A DNA stretch of 63,525 bases, the filler included, from Octopus bimaculoides (Eukaryota), in the NCBI RefSeq assembly GCF_001194135.2. It is 5 parts of 4 records of this genome, joined end to end, with 100 filler letters (N's around TTAATTAATTAA, not from the genome) between each part and the next. Parts side by side here need not be neighbours in the genome. Positions count along the whole stretch, not along the records: positions 50,618 to 58,563 come from NC_068992.1; positions 58,664 to 63,525 come from NW_026342018.1; 3 more parts are not named here. One strand, given 5' to 3'. The notes beneath the pieces were generated by a model, which ran no database searches, had not been told where the DNA came from, and was given only the letters and a program-made list of their open reading frames with translations. This document shows positions 54,077 to 63,525 of the stretch, one piece after another. Made by a program: the position numbers and the translations under genes. Each line of letters opens with the position of its first letter. Position 1 is the stretch's first letter.

Positions 54077-54297
54077 TTAACTCTTTAGTATTTAAACCAG
54101 TCATATCTGGCCCAAATATTCTTCCGGTTTTATGTTCAAACTGGCCATATCAGGCCTCTCACACCTGCCCTACAATGTCATTCTAAAAATAAACAGTTAC
54201 TTCACTGAAATCTGCATGATAATGCATGATTAATTCAAAACAATGTGAATAAATAAGTGTTACATTTGACAGAGTAATCTGAATGTTAAAAGGTTAA
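54077..54297. mobile_element. piggyBac-type MITE
   Basis: TTAA at both ends (54077-54080 and 54294-54297) with degenerate TIRs CTCTTTAGTATT / AATGTTAAAAGG. Confidence 0.6.
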
Positions 54298-54306
54298 ATC
54301 TGTTAC

Positions 54307-54395
54307 CTTAAAATAATGAAACATATCAGCTTCTTTCTCAGCACCAATCACATGAACCACTAATTGTTTGGGAAGTTCTATGCCAAAATTTGGAT
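54307..54395 (-). CDS. ZMYND15: ZMYND15-like gene, internal exon (phase 1 to 0)
   Basis: ttccaaactgtag|ATCCA...TTTAAG|gtaaca. Splices in frame to the upstream exon giving H-YPNFGIELPKQLVVHVIGAEKEADMFHYFK, similar to my recollection of ZMYND15 KQSLKIHVVEAGKEFD. Confidence 0.78.
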
Positions 54396-54499
54396 CTACA
54401 GTTTGGAAAGAAAGGGAATATTTACTCCTGAACAACAACGTTATGCTATCATCAACAGTAATAACAACACAAGAACTATAATATGAAAACATCATAAAT

Positions 54500-54658
54500 A
54501 TCCTTTCTATTATAGGCATAAGACCTGAAATTTACGGGGAGAGGGTAAGTTGATTACATTGACCCCAGTGTGTAACTGGTACTTATTTAATCAAATCCGA
54601 AAGGATGAAAGGCAAAGTTGACCTCAGCAGAATTTGAACTTGGAATGTAGTGGCAGAC
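54500..54658 (-). mobile_element. SINE family B, CpG-decayed
   Basis: GTTGACCTCAGCAGAATTTGAACT versus GTCGACCTCGGCAGAATTTGAGCT in the copy at 3338-3557. Confidence 0.8.
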
Positions 54659-54919
54659 ATCATAAATATGACATAACAAAGACAGGACATTGGTATTGAC
54701 AGTAATAGCAACACAACAAAGATATGAGATTAACTAAGACTTGGTAATATAAATATGACACAAGAAATATAGGGCATCTTCATTTACAATAACACCCCAA
54801 TAAATGTTGATGGATGAGGGGACATTAGAAAGACAAACTATTAAAACAGGAAGAGGTTTTATTTAGAAGCCAGTCTGGGAATAGAGGCAAGAAAACCCAA
54901 CAAGGCCTAACAACAACAT

Positions 54920-55195
54920 CATCATTGTTTAACGTCCGTTTTCCATGCTGGCATGGATTGGACAGTTCAACTGGGGTCTGATAAGCCAGGAGGCTGCACC
55001 AGGCTCCAATCTGATCTGGCAATATTTCTACAGCTGAATGTCCTTCCTAATGCCAACCACTGAGCGTGTAGTGGGTGCTTTTTGCGTGACACCAGCACAG
55101 GGGCCAGAGGATGCTTTTACATTCCACTGATGGTGCTCTAACGTGCCATTGGCACGGGAGCCAGTAAAGGCAGCGCTGGCATCAGCCACGTTTGG
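54920..55195 (-). mobile_element. RTE-type retroposon 3' end with (GAT)n tail
   Basis: Homologous to 26283-26390 and extends through TGTCCTTCCTAATGCCAACC, a typical RTE/SINE 3' motif in reverse. Confidence 0.65.
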
Positions 55196-55445
55196 GGTCA
55201 GCTACTTTGAGAGAAGTGGATGGTGAGTTGTTTAGATTCTGAGTTCAAATTCTGCCACAGGCAACTTTATCTTTTATTCTTCAGGGGCTGACAAAGTACA
55301 AAATGAAGTACATATAAAGTACTAATCAACTTACTTCCTTTACTGGAAAATTGCTGGCCTTATAGCAAAATCAGAAATCATTATGTAAACAAACAAAATC
55401 ACACACACAATAAAACTGAAACCATAAAAAATCTCTGTTCCTTAC

Positions 55446-55676
55446 AATGTAGTTGAAGACATGAAGTTATGATGTAAAAAAGGGTCAAAGGGTAGGTGAG
55501 GAGGATAGCAATGGGACTGTCGAGGCTAAATGAACGCCATTTGTAGTAGGAAAACCAGTTGGCAATGTCTCCTATCTCTGTTTGGTGTGCATGTTGTAGC
55601 TGTTTCAATCCTGATAGACATCCTAGTTCTCGTTCTTCGACCAAAACAAATGGAAAATCAACTTCTGTAAGTTCAC
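55446..55676 (-). CDS. ZMYND15: ZMYND15-like gene, internal exon (231 bp, phase 1 to 1)
   Basis: ttaattacag|GTGAAC...CTACATT|gtaagg. Open frame ELTEVDFPFVLVEERELGCLSGLKQLQHAHQTEIGDIANWFSYYKWRSFSLDSPIAILLTYPLTLFYIITSCLQLH; W..YY.WR..SLDSPIA.LLTYPLT..Y.IT matches ZMYND15/MSS51-family sequence as I recall it. Confidence 0.82.
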
Positions 55677-55749
55677 CTGTAATTAATAATAATACAAATT
55701 AAATTCACCTATAATTAATAATAATGTAGTTAATAAATACATAGGAGTA

Positions 55750-55938
55750 AGGCGACGAGCTGGCAGAAACATTAGCACGTCATCTGTCTTTGTTCTGAGT
55801 TCAAATTCCACCGAGGTCGACCTTGCCTTTCAACCTTTCAGGGCTGATAAATTAAGTACCAGTTGCATACTGGAGTTGATCTAATCAACTAGACTCTCCT
55901 CCAAAAATTCGGGCCTTGTGCCTAGAGTAGAAAAGAAT
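55750..55938 (+). mobile_element. SINE family B, CpG-decayed
   Basis: GGCGACGAGCTGGCAGAAACATTAG head with core; multiple CG to CA/TG changes. Confidence 0.85.
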
Positions 55939-55944
55939 ATATAC

Positions 55945-56100
55945 ATAGTGGTAAGAATCTTGCTTTCCAACCACGATTCCAACTTCAGTCCCACTGTATG
56001 GCACCTTGAGCAAGTATTTTCTACCGTACCCTCAGGCCAATCAAAGCCTTGTAAATGGATTTGATAGATGAAAACTGAAAGAAGCTCATCGTATATATAT
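55945..56100 (+). mobile_element. SINE family A head, CpG-decayed
   Basis: CAGTCCCACTGTATGGCACCTTGAGCAAGT..GAAAACTGAAAGAAGCTCATCGT. Confidence 0.8.
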
Positions 56101-56145
56101 ATATATAAATTGTAAATGTAAAAATAAAAACAAAACACAAAGGAT

Positions 56146-56225
56146 TCTGCGGTACATGTGTTTCAAGCTTTATAGTTGTTACATCAGTGTATAATTGACA
56201 GTATAAAGCTATCTTCAGCCGCAAA
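56146..56225 (-). ncRNA. Type I hammerhead ribozyme fold
   Basis: UUUGCGG CUGAAGA U AGCUUUAUA-[27 nt]-UAUAAAGCU U GAAACACAUGUA^CCGCAGA: 7-bp helix I, 9-bp helix II, 3-bp helix III, intact core and GUA triplet. Confidence 0.75.
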
Positions 56226-57787
56226 TGTATTCTCTCCCAAGAATTATATCACATAGAAGTTAAAGGAGGAAGAAAGATGAGATATAAGAGGTGAGGTTCC
56301 GTTTGGTATTTTGCATTGTAATATACCTCGTAGAATTCTTAATTTGATATATTTATACATAATTTCCTCGGTACTCCGGAATCCGTCAATACCTTGCCAC
56401 AATTGAGTGTGTAGTGAACGCTAAGTAAACAATACTATTTTATATTAGTTAGAAGGGTAGTGTTAAAGGAGGGAATAAGTTGGTGGTTAAAACAATATAA
56501 CAAAAATGAAATAATAATATAAAATAAAATAAGGAATATAAAATACTAAGAAAAAAATACACAGATTTTCATACAAAAATAAAAATAAAAGGAGTCAAAT
56601 CGGTGGGGCGGGTAATCTAAGAAATAATAAGAGAAAATCTGGATAGTAAAGTAAGATACATCTAAGCTATTTAGACGGGTTGGAGAAGGGTGGTGAGGAA
56701 AAATCTAAATGTAGAAGATAAAAAGATAAATAGATATAGATACAGAGATCTTAAAGGTCGTAAGGGATAGATATATATGAGCTGACACAGCTCATATATA
56801 TCTATCCCTTATATCAGTGGTGGGTCGTAAATAAGTAGCGTCAGGCTAGAGTAAACTTGAAATATGATATTCTTGTGGTGAGTGGTCAGTCTAGGCGAAT
56901 TACAACTTAAGTATACGAACTTATCTATTATATTGGTGCATACGCTTATCTAGATGATGAATGGGTGATGGAAGTGGAAAGGGTAATTAGAACATATAAG
57001 ACCTTAAAGAATGAATAATTAGAAAATGTCAACAAGAAAAGGGAAATAAAGTATATGGGAGAGGGAGGGTTGGACGTTAAAATTCAAAATACAGAGTATT
57101 GGGGGCATTTCAACCGTAGTAATATAGTATAATAGTGATAGGAAATAATAGCACCCACAATAATAATGCAAAAAATCAGAAATAAAGAATAAGAGATAAC
57201 AAATAAAAAATAAGAGATAAGAAATAAAATAAAAAATAAAAAATAAAACAATAAAAAAATAAAGAAATTAAAGAATAAAAAAATAAAAAAATAAGAAAAG
57301 AATATAAAATAAAAATGTAAAGGTATAAAGTGAAAATATAAAATATATAAAATTTGAGAATATATATATATATATTTATATAAATAAAAGAATATATATA
57401 TATATAAAAATAAAATAAAAAATAAAAATATAAAGATAATGGAATAAAGAAATTAAAAGTAAAAACTATAAAAAAAACATTGATTAGTGTTATTTCGTGT
57501 TATTATTGTGTATTGTAGTGTCATTGGAGAGTTTCGAGTCAGTGACTGAAAGGTAGAACTATATCCATAGGTTTGGGATTATGGATCCGCTTTATTAAAA
57601 ATGTGTGTATATTATGTGGTCATAATCTAGCTATTCGAGGGTAAACAAAATTATTAAGGTACATAGTTAGGTTAGAGGTAGAGTACGGGCTTTGTTAATT
57701 CGATGTCTGAGTTGTGTTAGGCAGGATCTAACGTGGGAGTAGTTAATGAGAGGAGGTGTAGAAGTGCATATAACTAAAAGAGAGGAC

Positions 57788-58563
57788 TTAGGGGTTATAA
57801 TATCTAAAGGTTGTCATCATTTTATGGATACAGGAGGGTTTGAAATCTGACTTCTTATTAACTAGCTTATTCTTATCGGGGAATTTAATAATTTTCAAAA
57901 GTTCAAGGGAGCATAACTGGCAACCAGTTCTATTATCTTTATATGTTGGGGCCGGTCCAACAATTGACCATCTAAGGTTAAAATCAATCTTGTCGTCCTT
58001 AAGCTCCCAAATTCTACGAGATAATGAGGTATTGTTAGCCTTATGTCTGAGTCTAAACGAAGATCCATGGTTATAAAACCTAGATTTCCAGGATGAAGAG
58101 CATCCAAGGTAAGTGAGGGTGTTAGTTTCCGTGATAATTTCGCAAGAGTATATTACGTTTTTAGCTAAGCAGTTTCCACATAAGGGACATGTCGAAGGTG
58201 TTACACAATTGCAACCGATTTTATACTTGTTAGGTCGTCTTATGCTTACATTTGTGGGGTAACTGCTTATAGTATTATTATCTATGCCAGTTCCTGAGTG
58301 GTTAGGGTTTACGCTTACATTGTTGTTATAATTATTGCTGCTACCTCTATTTGGGTTGTTCGAAGTTCCATCACCTCGATTCGTTCTGCCGTTAACATTG
58401 GTATTATACATATTATTTCTATTAGTAATATTATTAGAATCGTGGCTGGTATAATTATTAGGATTATTATTAAAGGTTGAGTTGGGTATTCTATTATTAG
58501 TGGTAGTGTCATTATTTAATGCGGAAGGATTATAAGGTGTGCTGCTATTTTGTGTTGGGTCTA
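57788..58563 (-). CDS. Penelope-like polyprotein C-terminus: Asn-rich linker, Cys motif and GIY-YIG endonuclease
   Basis: CNC-x5-CPLCGNCL, VIY-x11-YLG, RFYNH, CQLC, LVNKKS. The frame stays open upstream of the annotated Met (58411) all the way to the gap at 58563. Confidence 0.88.
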
Positions 58564-58663
58564 NNNNNNNNNNNNNNNNNNNNNNNNNNNNNNNNNNNNN
58601 NNNNNNNTTAATTAATTAANNNNNNNNNNNNNNNNNNNNNNNNNNNNNNNNNNNNNNNNNNNN
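58564..58663. other. Synthetic scaffold-join spacer
   Basis: N44-TTAATTAATTAA-N44. Confidence 0.95.
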
Positions 58664-59053
58664 TGTGTGTGTGTGTGTGTGTGTGTGTGTATACATGTGT
58701 GTGTGTGTGTGTGCGTGTGTATACATGTGTGTGTGTGTGTGTGTGTATCTTATCTTTATCCTTATAAAAAGCAAAGCTTGTTTGTGAAGAATAGCTATCT
58801 TTGGTTACACATTCCCAATGGGCTGATTTCTGATAGTTTATGAGCTATAAGAGAGTATCAGTCATTTAATGCAGAACAAATACCGCAAATAGCTCAATGT
58901 AAAAATTCACATGTCACTTGCTTTCTTTAACCCATGATTAGATATTCTCTGATGCACATCAAAAATCAGACACACACACGGATTCTATATATTTCTATTA
59001 ACCATTCTCTATCCACAAATCATTAGTTAATCTAAGTCTATAGTAAAAGACTA

Positions 59054-59382
59054 GTGAAGGCGTGGTTAGAGCGTCGAGCTTACGATCGCGAGGTTGTGAG
59101 TTCGAATCCCGGACCGGGCTGCATGTTGTGTTCTTGAGCAAGACACTTTATTTCGCGTTGCTCCAGTTCACTCAGCTGTAGAAATGAGTTGCGACGTCAC
59201 TGATACCAAGCTGTATCGGTCTTTGCCTTTCCCTTGGATAACATCAGTGGTGTGGAGAGGGGAGACCGGTATGCATGGGCGACTGCTGGTCTTCCATAAA
59301 CAAGCTTGCTCGGACTTGTGCCTCGGAGGGTAACTTTCTAGGTGCAAGCCCATGGTCAGTCATGACCGAAGGGGGTCTCAGC
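59054..59382 (+). mobile_element. tRNA-derived SINE family C with 14-bp target site duplication
   Basis: tRNA-like head (GGTTAGAGCG..GAGTTCGAATCCC), GTGTTCTTGAGCAAGACACTT domain, and TSD ATAGTAAAAGACTA at 59040-59053 and 59383-59396. Confidence 0.88.
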
Positions 59383-59489
59383 ATAGTAAAAGACTATTGT
59401 ACAAGATGCTGCATGTAGCGATCGAAACCGGAACCATGTGGTTGTAAAACAAACTTCTTAACCGCGTAGTCCATATGTACTTGATAATT

Positions 59490-59810
59490 TTTTCTGATAT
59501 AGGAACAGGGCCTGAAATTTTGGGTGTGGAGGCCTGTCGATTACATCGACCCGTGCTCAACTAGTACCAATTTAATCGTCCCCGAAAGGAGGAAAGACGA
59601 AGTCGACCTCGACGATATTTGAACTCAGAACATAAAGAGCCGGAAACAATAATGATAATAATCCTTTCAAACTTTGGTACAAGGCCAGAAATTGGGGACG
59701 TGGGTAAGTCGATTACATTGACCTCAGGGCACGAATAGTAATCATTTTATCCACCCTGAAAGGATGAAAGGCAAAGACGACCTCAGCGGAATTTGATCTC
59801 AAAACTTAGA
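59490..59810 (-). mobile_element. Two tandem degenerate SINE family B copies
   Basis: AGTCGACCTCGACGATATTTGAACTCAGAAC (about 59490-59640) and GAAAGGATGAAAGGCAAAGACGACCTCAGCGGAATTTGA (about 59660-59810). Confidence 0.7.
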
Positions 59811-60444
59811 ACTAAAATAAAAAGTTTTTACAAATTTTGACATAAAGCCAACACTTTTTTCGAGAGAGAGAATGAGATTAATCGTTTAAGTGCTTAATAA
59901 AATTGAAATAAATAATCTGAAAATAAACTCAAGAACACAATTTTCTCACAAAGCACTTCTTAGTCTCAGACACAATCAGAAATTACCGAAAAATTATAAA
60001 TTCAACAGTGCTGGAATGTTTTCGTTGCATAGATATGTATGTGAGTATGTGGAAGGGATAGAAAGCGAACACAAAGAATAACATCTTAAACCATTCTTTG
60101 AAATAATAAGAAGCCATCTATCAGAATAAATGTTTTGAAAATAAACGCAGTGGCAGGAACTGTGTTTTTTCTTCTTTTTTTTTGTGTGTGTGTATGTGTC
60201 CAGGGACTTATAAGGTTGGTTATCGGGTTTCCGTGGCATAAAAGTAACTGAAATTACAATGTTCGCTAGTCCGTTCTAGAGTTCAGGGCTAGTATTGTTG
60301 AGAAGAGGGGTCTTGTAGATTACGTTGAACACAACATTTGATTAATATAGGAGAGTATTCACTTGAAGCATTGCGTATTGTTTGTAAAGAATAAAAAGTT
60401 TTGAATGGTCCAACAATGCACTATAATACAATGGGATATACACC

Positions 60445-61403
60445 TGTAGTGAAACTACCTATCGCCATTAGATACAAAACTACTATCGCCATTACATACA
60501 ATCTTCTCATTTAAATATAAACAAGCGCGGGCGTAGCGGAGAAAGCGGCAACTTCTTCGAACCGTTCCTGCCAGAACGCAAACTGACCAATCACAGCCCT
60601 TAATAAGGTCACGTGATAGTGTTTTTCTACTACCGTCTTGGAGCCCCCTGAACGCTTTAAATAGAGCAACTCATACCCAGCAAATTTGTCTCGGTTCAGT
60701 TTCTCTTTGAGATCTGTTCCGTGTACCACACGACAGCAGCAGCAACAATCAGCCANNNNNNNNNNNNNNNNNNNNNNNNNNNNNNNNNNNNNNNNNNNNN
60801 NNNNNNNNNNNNNNNNNNNNNNNNNNNNNNNNNNNNNNNNNNNNNNNNNNNNNNNNNNNNNNNNNNNNNNNNNNNNNNNNNNNNNNNNNNNNNNNNNNNN
60901 NNNNNNNNNNNNNNNNNNNNNNNNNNNNNNNNNNNNNNNNNNNNNNNNNNNNNNNNNNNNNNNNNNNNNNNNNNNNNNNNNNNNNNNNNNNNNNNNNNNN
61001 NNNNNNNNNNNNNNNNNNNNNNNNNNNNNNNNNNNNNNNNNNNNNNNNNNNNNNNNNNNNNNNNNNNNNNNNNNNNNNACTGCCACACACAGCCTCAACT
61101 TTCACATACAGACTCTTCCAATTGTGTACTCAAGAACTGGTATAAATGCTCACGTGTTACTGACTCTTTCTATCTGCTGTAATATCTCACATACACATTC
61201 ATGTATCACTCACACACTCTCTTTTCTTTGTACGACGGCCTGTCTTTTATTATGTTCTTATATGTCGCATTCACACTCTCACATACACACACATCTTTAA
61301 CGCTACAATAAATATCTATGTTATTCATTTTATACGGTTGTCTTTTCTATCGTCTCTTCATTACTGGTATTTACGAATTCACATATGTTATCGTAGTATA
61401 ACA
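60445..61403 (+). mobile_element. Possible solo LTR
   Basis: TGT...ACA boundaries, CCAAT, E-box and TATA-like motifs, AATAAA near the end; 61079-61330 is homologous to 63379-63525. No TSD found and the region spans a gap. Confidence 0.35.
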
Positions 61404-61532
61404 TTATTTGTATATCATCATTGATATATTATTTTGTGTGTTCGACCGTGCGACGCGTTTAAATAAAAGGAGTCCTTGTTTTTCCATTCGTCACCATTTC
61501 CCCTTTCTGAGTTCGCACGGTCGTTCTTACAC

Positions 61533-61693
61533 ACCTGTTGTAATTTAGTCATCCATAGTCTGATAATATTTCGGAATAAAATTCCTTCTTAAGGTATTCT
61601 TAGATGGAGTCGCTGCTATAATCTAAGAATATCTAAAGAAGGAATTTTACTCCGAAATATTATTAGACTATGGATGACTAAATTACAACAGGT
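61533..61693. mobile_element. Palindromic MITE, 73-bp arms
   Basis: Arms 61533-61605 and 61621-61693 are reverse complements with 4 mismatches; 15-nt spacer. Confidence 0.8.
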
Positions 61694-62340
61694 ATATAGC
61701 CCATTATTTGTATTATAGTGCATTGTTGTACCATTCAAAACTTCTGATTAGTATATTTTATGGATCCCGAAGGGGTGAAAAGCCAACTTGATTTTGGTGG
61801 GATTTGAACTCACATAAAAAAAGAAAGAAATACTGCGAAGTCTGGCGTCAAAACTATTCTGCCAACTCACCATTTTAAATAAATATATAATGAAAAAATT
61901 GTCTGCGCCATATAATGAGGCATTTTATAGCTTAATTTCAAATCACAATGAAGTTAACTTTATAATCAATCCTCTTAGTCTGGATAAAATGAGGTGGTGG
62001 TCACGTTGTGGATTGATTTATTCTTAGAATGCAAACCAGATATGAATAGTATTGTAATAAGGAAGAAGAAGAAAATTCTACTTACTTTTTACCCAAACAA
62101 TAATGACCAGGAGTAGTATAATAATGGAAACAATTTTGAGTGATCTTTTCCAAATTAACGAACGCATTCTTGAGAACTTTCGTATTTGTGGAGTTATCAA
62201 CTGATAATGCGCAATACAGCTGCAGTCAGCGAATGCTATAATGATATTTGACTAAAAAAATATCTGTTGTCATATAAGGCTTTCCTATAAGTAGGTTATC
62301 TCCCTTGGCTAGTCGATCTTCATGCATGGGCGACTCTTTC

Positions 62341-62378
<38 letters not shown>

Positions 62379-62607
62379 TATGTTTATACAAGTAGAGAAA
62401 TTTGAAAAGACAACACGAAAAAGGTTATTTCTCCAAATACAATGTTTATACACCCAAATTNNNNNNNNNNATAATGCGCAATACAGCTGCAGTCAGCGAA
62501 TGCTATAATGATATTTGACTAAAAAAATATCTGTTGTCATATAAGGCTTTCCTATAAGTAGGTTATCTCCCTTGGCTAGTCGATCTTCATGCATGGGCGA
62601 CTCTTTC

Positions 62608-62645
<38 letters not shown>

Positions 62646-62646
62646 T

Positions 62647-62849
62647 ATGTTTATACAAGTAGAGAAATTTGAAAAGACAACACGAAAAAGGTTATTTCTC
62701 CAAATACAATGTTTATACACCCAAATTTTATAACATTTTTCTGACAACAATTTAAATATATGTTATAAAATTTGGGTGTATAAACATTGTATTTGGAGAA
62801 ATAACCTGTTTCGTGTTGTCTTTTCAAATTTCTCTACTTGTATAAACAT
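62647..62849. repeat. 90-bp near-perfect inverted repeat
   Basis: 62647-62736 versus 62760-62849: one mismatch, 23-nt spacer. Confidence 0.85.
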
Positions 62850-62874
62850 TGTATTAGGAGAAATAACCAGTTTC

Positions 62875-63176
62875 TCTTCCGCAATGTGTTCGAGAAATGT
62901 ATAGAAATTCTCAAAGTTTTTCTTCGCAGTAAATCCATACTTTTCTCGATACATTGACTCATCGACGCGGGACCATTTCATGTCGCCCGATGATCCAGTC
63001 AAATACTTCAGCCGTCTTTTAATTCGGGACCAATAGGCCTCAATGTGATTCGTACAAGCGCCAGTTTCAGGGTCGACGAAATTTGTTGAGTGGGTAACTG
63101 TTTTGTGTATGTAACCCAGCAGTTGTAGATTCCTATAGCTGGCCCATTTGTCCGTATTTACTATAGTACCCGGTAA
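62875..63176 (-). mobile_element. Merlin/IS1016 (ISXO2-like) transposase C-terminal fragment
   Basis: LPGTIVNTDKWASYRNL..LGYIHKTVTHSTNFVDPETGACTNHIEAYWSRIKRRLK..SRVDESMYR, matching the second D and catalytic E region of IS1595-family transposases; the N-terminal half is missing. Confidence 0.88.
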
Positions 63177-63525
63177 TACTACCAAGCAGCCTTTTCTACC
63201 AAGCAGCCTTTGTACACCAATCCAAACCACCGCGGCACATCTCTCTCTTCGATTCTGTTAGGTGACTCAGCTTCACCACGATAAATAAACAGACAAGAAT
63301 CTCAGCCAGCGACGAGCATCTGTATAACAAGAATCACGGCCCGGCATCGATGCCACAACATCACAACTAGTGATCAGCACTGCCACACACAGCCTCCACA
63401 ACTTTCACATACAGACTCATACTATTGTGTACACAAGAACTGGTATAAAATGGTATATATGTCGCATACACACTTACACACAGACATACATCTTTAACGC
63501 CATAATAAATATCACTGTTATTCAT

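Larger units (their letters stand above)
56140..58563 (-). mobile_element. Penelope-like element (Neptune-type), 3' part with pLTR
   Basis: GIY-YIG ORF, then an AT-rich 3' region, then a terminal segment homologous to 28697-28909 that carries a hammerhead fold. Truncated by the scaffold end. Confidence 0.82.

Noticed and set aside
7329-61300. Long ORFs full of X, and YI/HT/CV/poly-amino-acid ORFs
   Set aside because: They are produced by N gaps and microsatellites and carry no coding signal.
62204-62727. 257-bp exact tandem duplication around a 10-N gap
   Set aside because: The copies are identical, including (CA)n length, and flank a gap, which is typical of an unmerged contig overlap.

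Overview
Eukaryotic, AT-rich genomic DNA dense in microsatellites and SINEs, with many N gaps. The repeat repertoire suggests a cephalopod, probably Octopus; this is an inference. Four synthetic 100-bp spacers (N44-TTAATTAATTAA-N44) show the window is five separately assembled pieces: 1-16351, 16452-31924, 32025-50517, 50618-58563 and 58664-63525. The only host coding sequence I can identify is two spliced, in-frame exons of a ZMYND15-like gene (minus strand, 55446-55676 and 54307-54395). The rest is mostly transposon landscape: tRNA-derived SINEs of at least three families, three R4/Dong-like LINE 3' ends, Tx1/L1 and RTE fragments, a decayed Ty3/Gypsy-like element, a Penelope-like element with an open GIY-YIG ORF, a Merlin transposase fragment and several MITEs. 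A divergent 18S rRNA fragment sits at 230-497. The best lead is a nearly complete type I hammerhead ribozyme fold (56146-56225, minus) at the end of the Penelope element. It lies on the sense strand of the ZMYND15-like intron, about 476 nt upstream of the exon acceptor. Almost all long ORFs in the supplied track are artefacts of N gaps or microsatellites. All family assignments come from motif recognition, not database searches.
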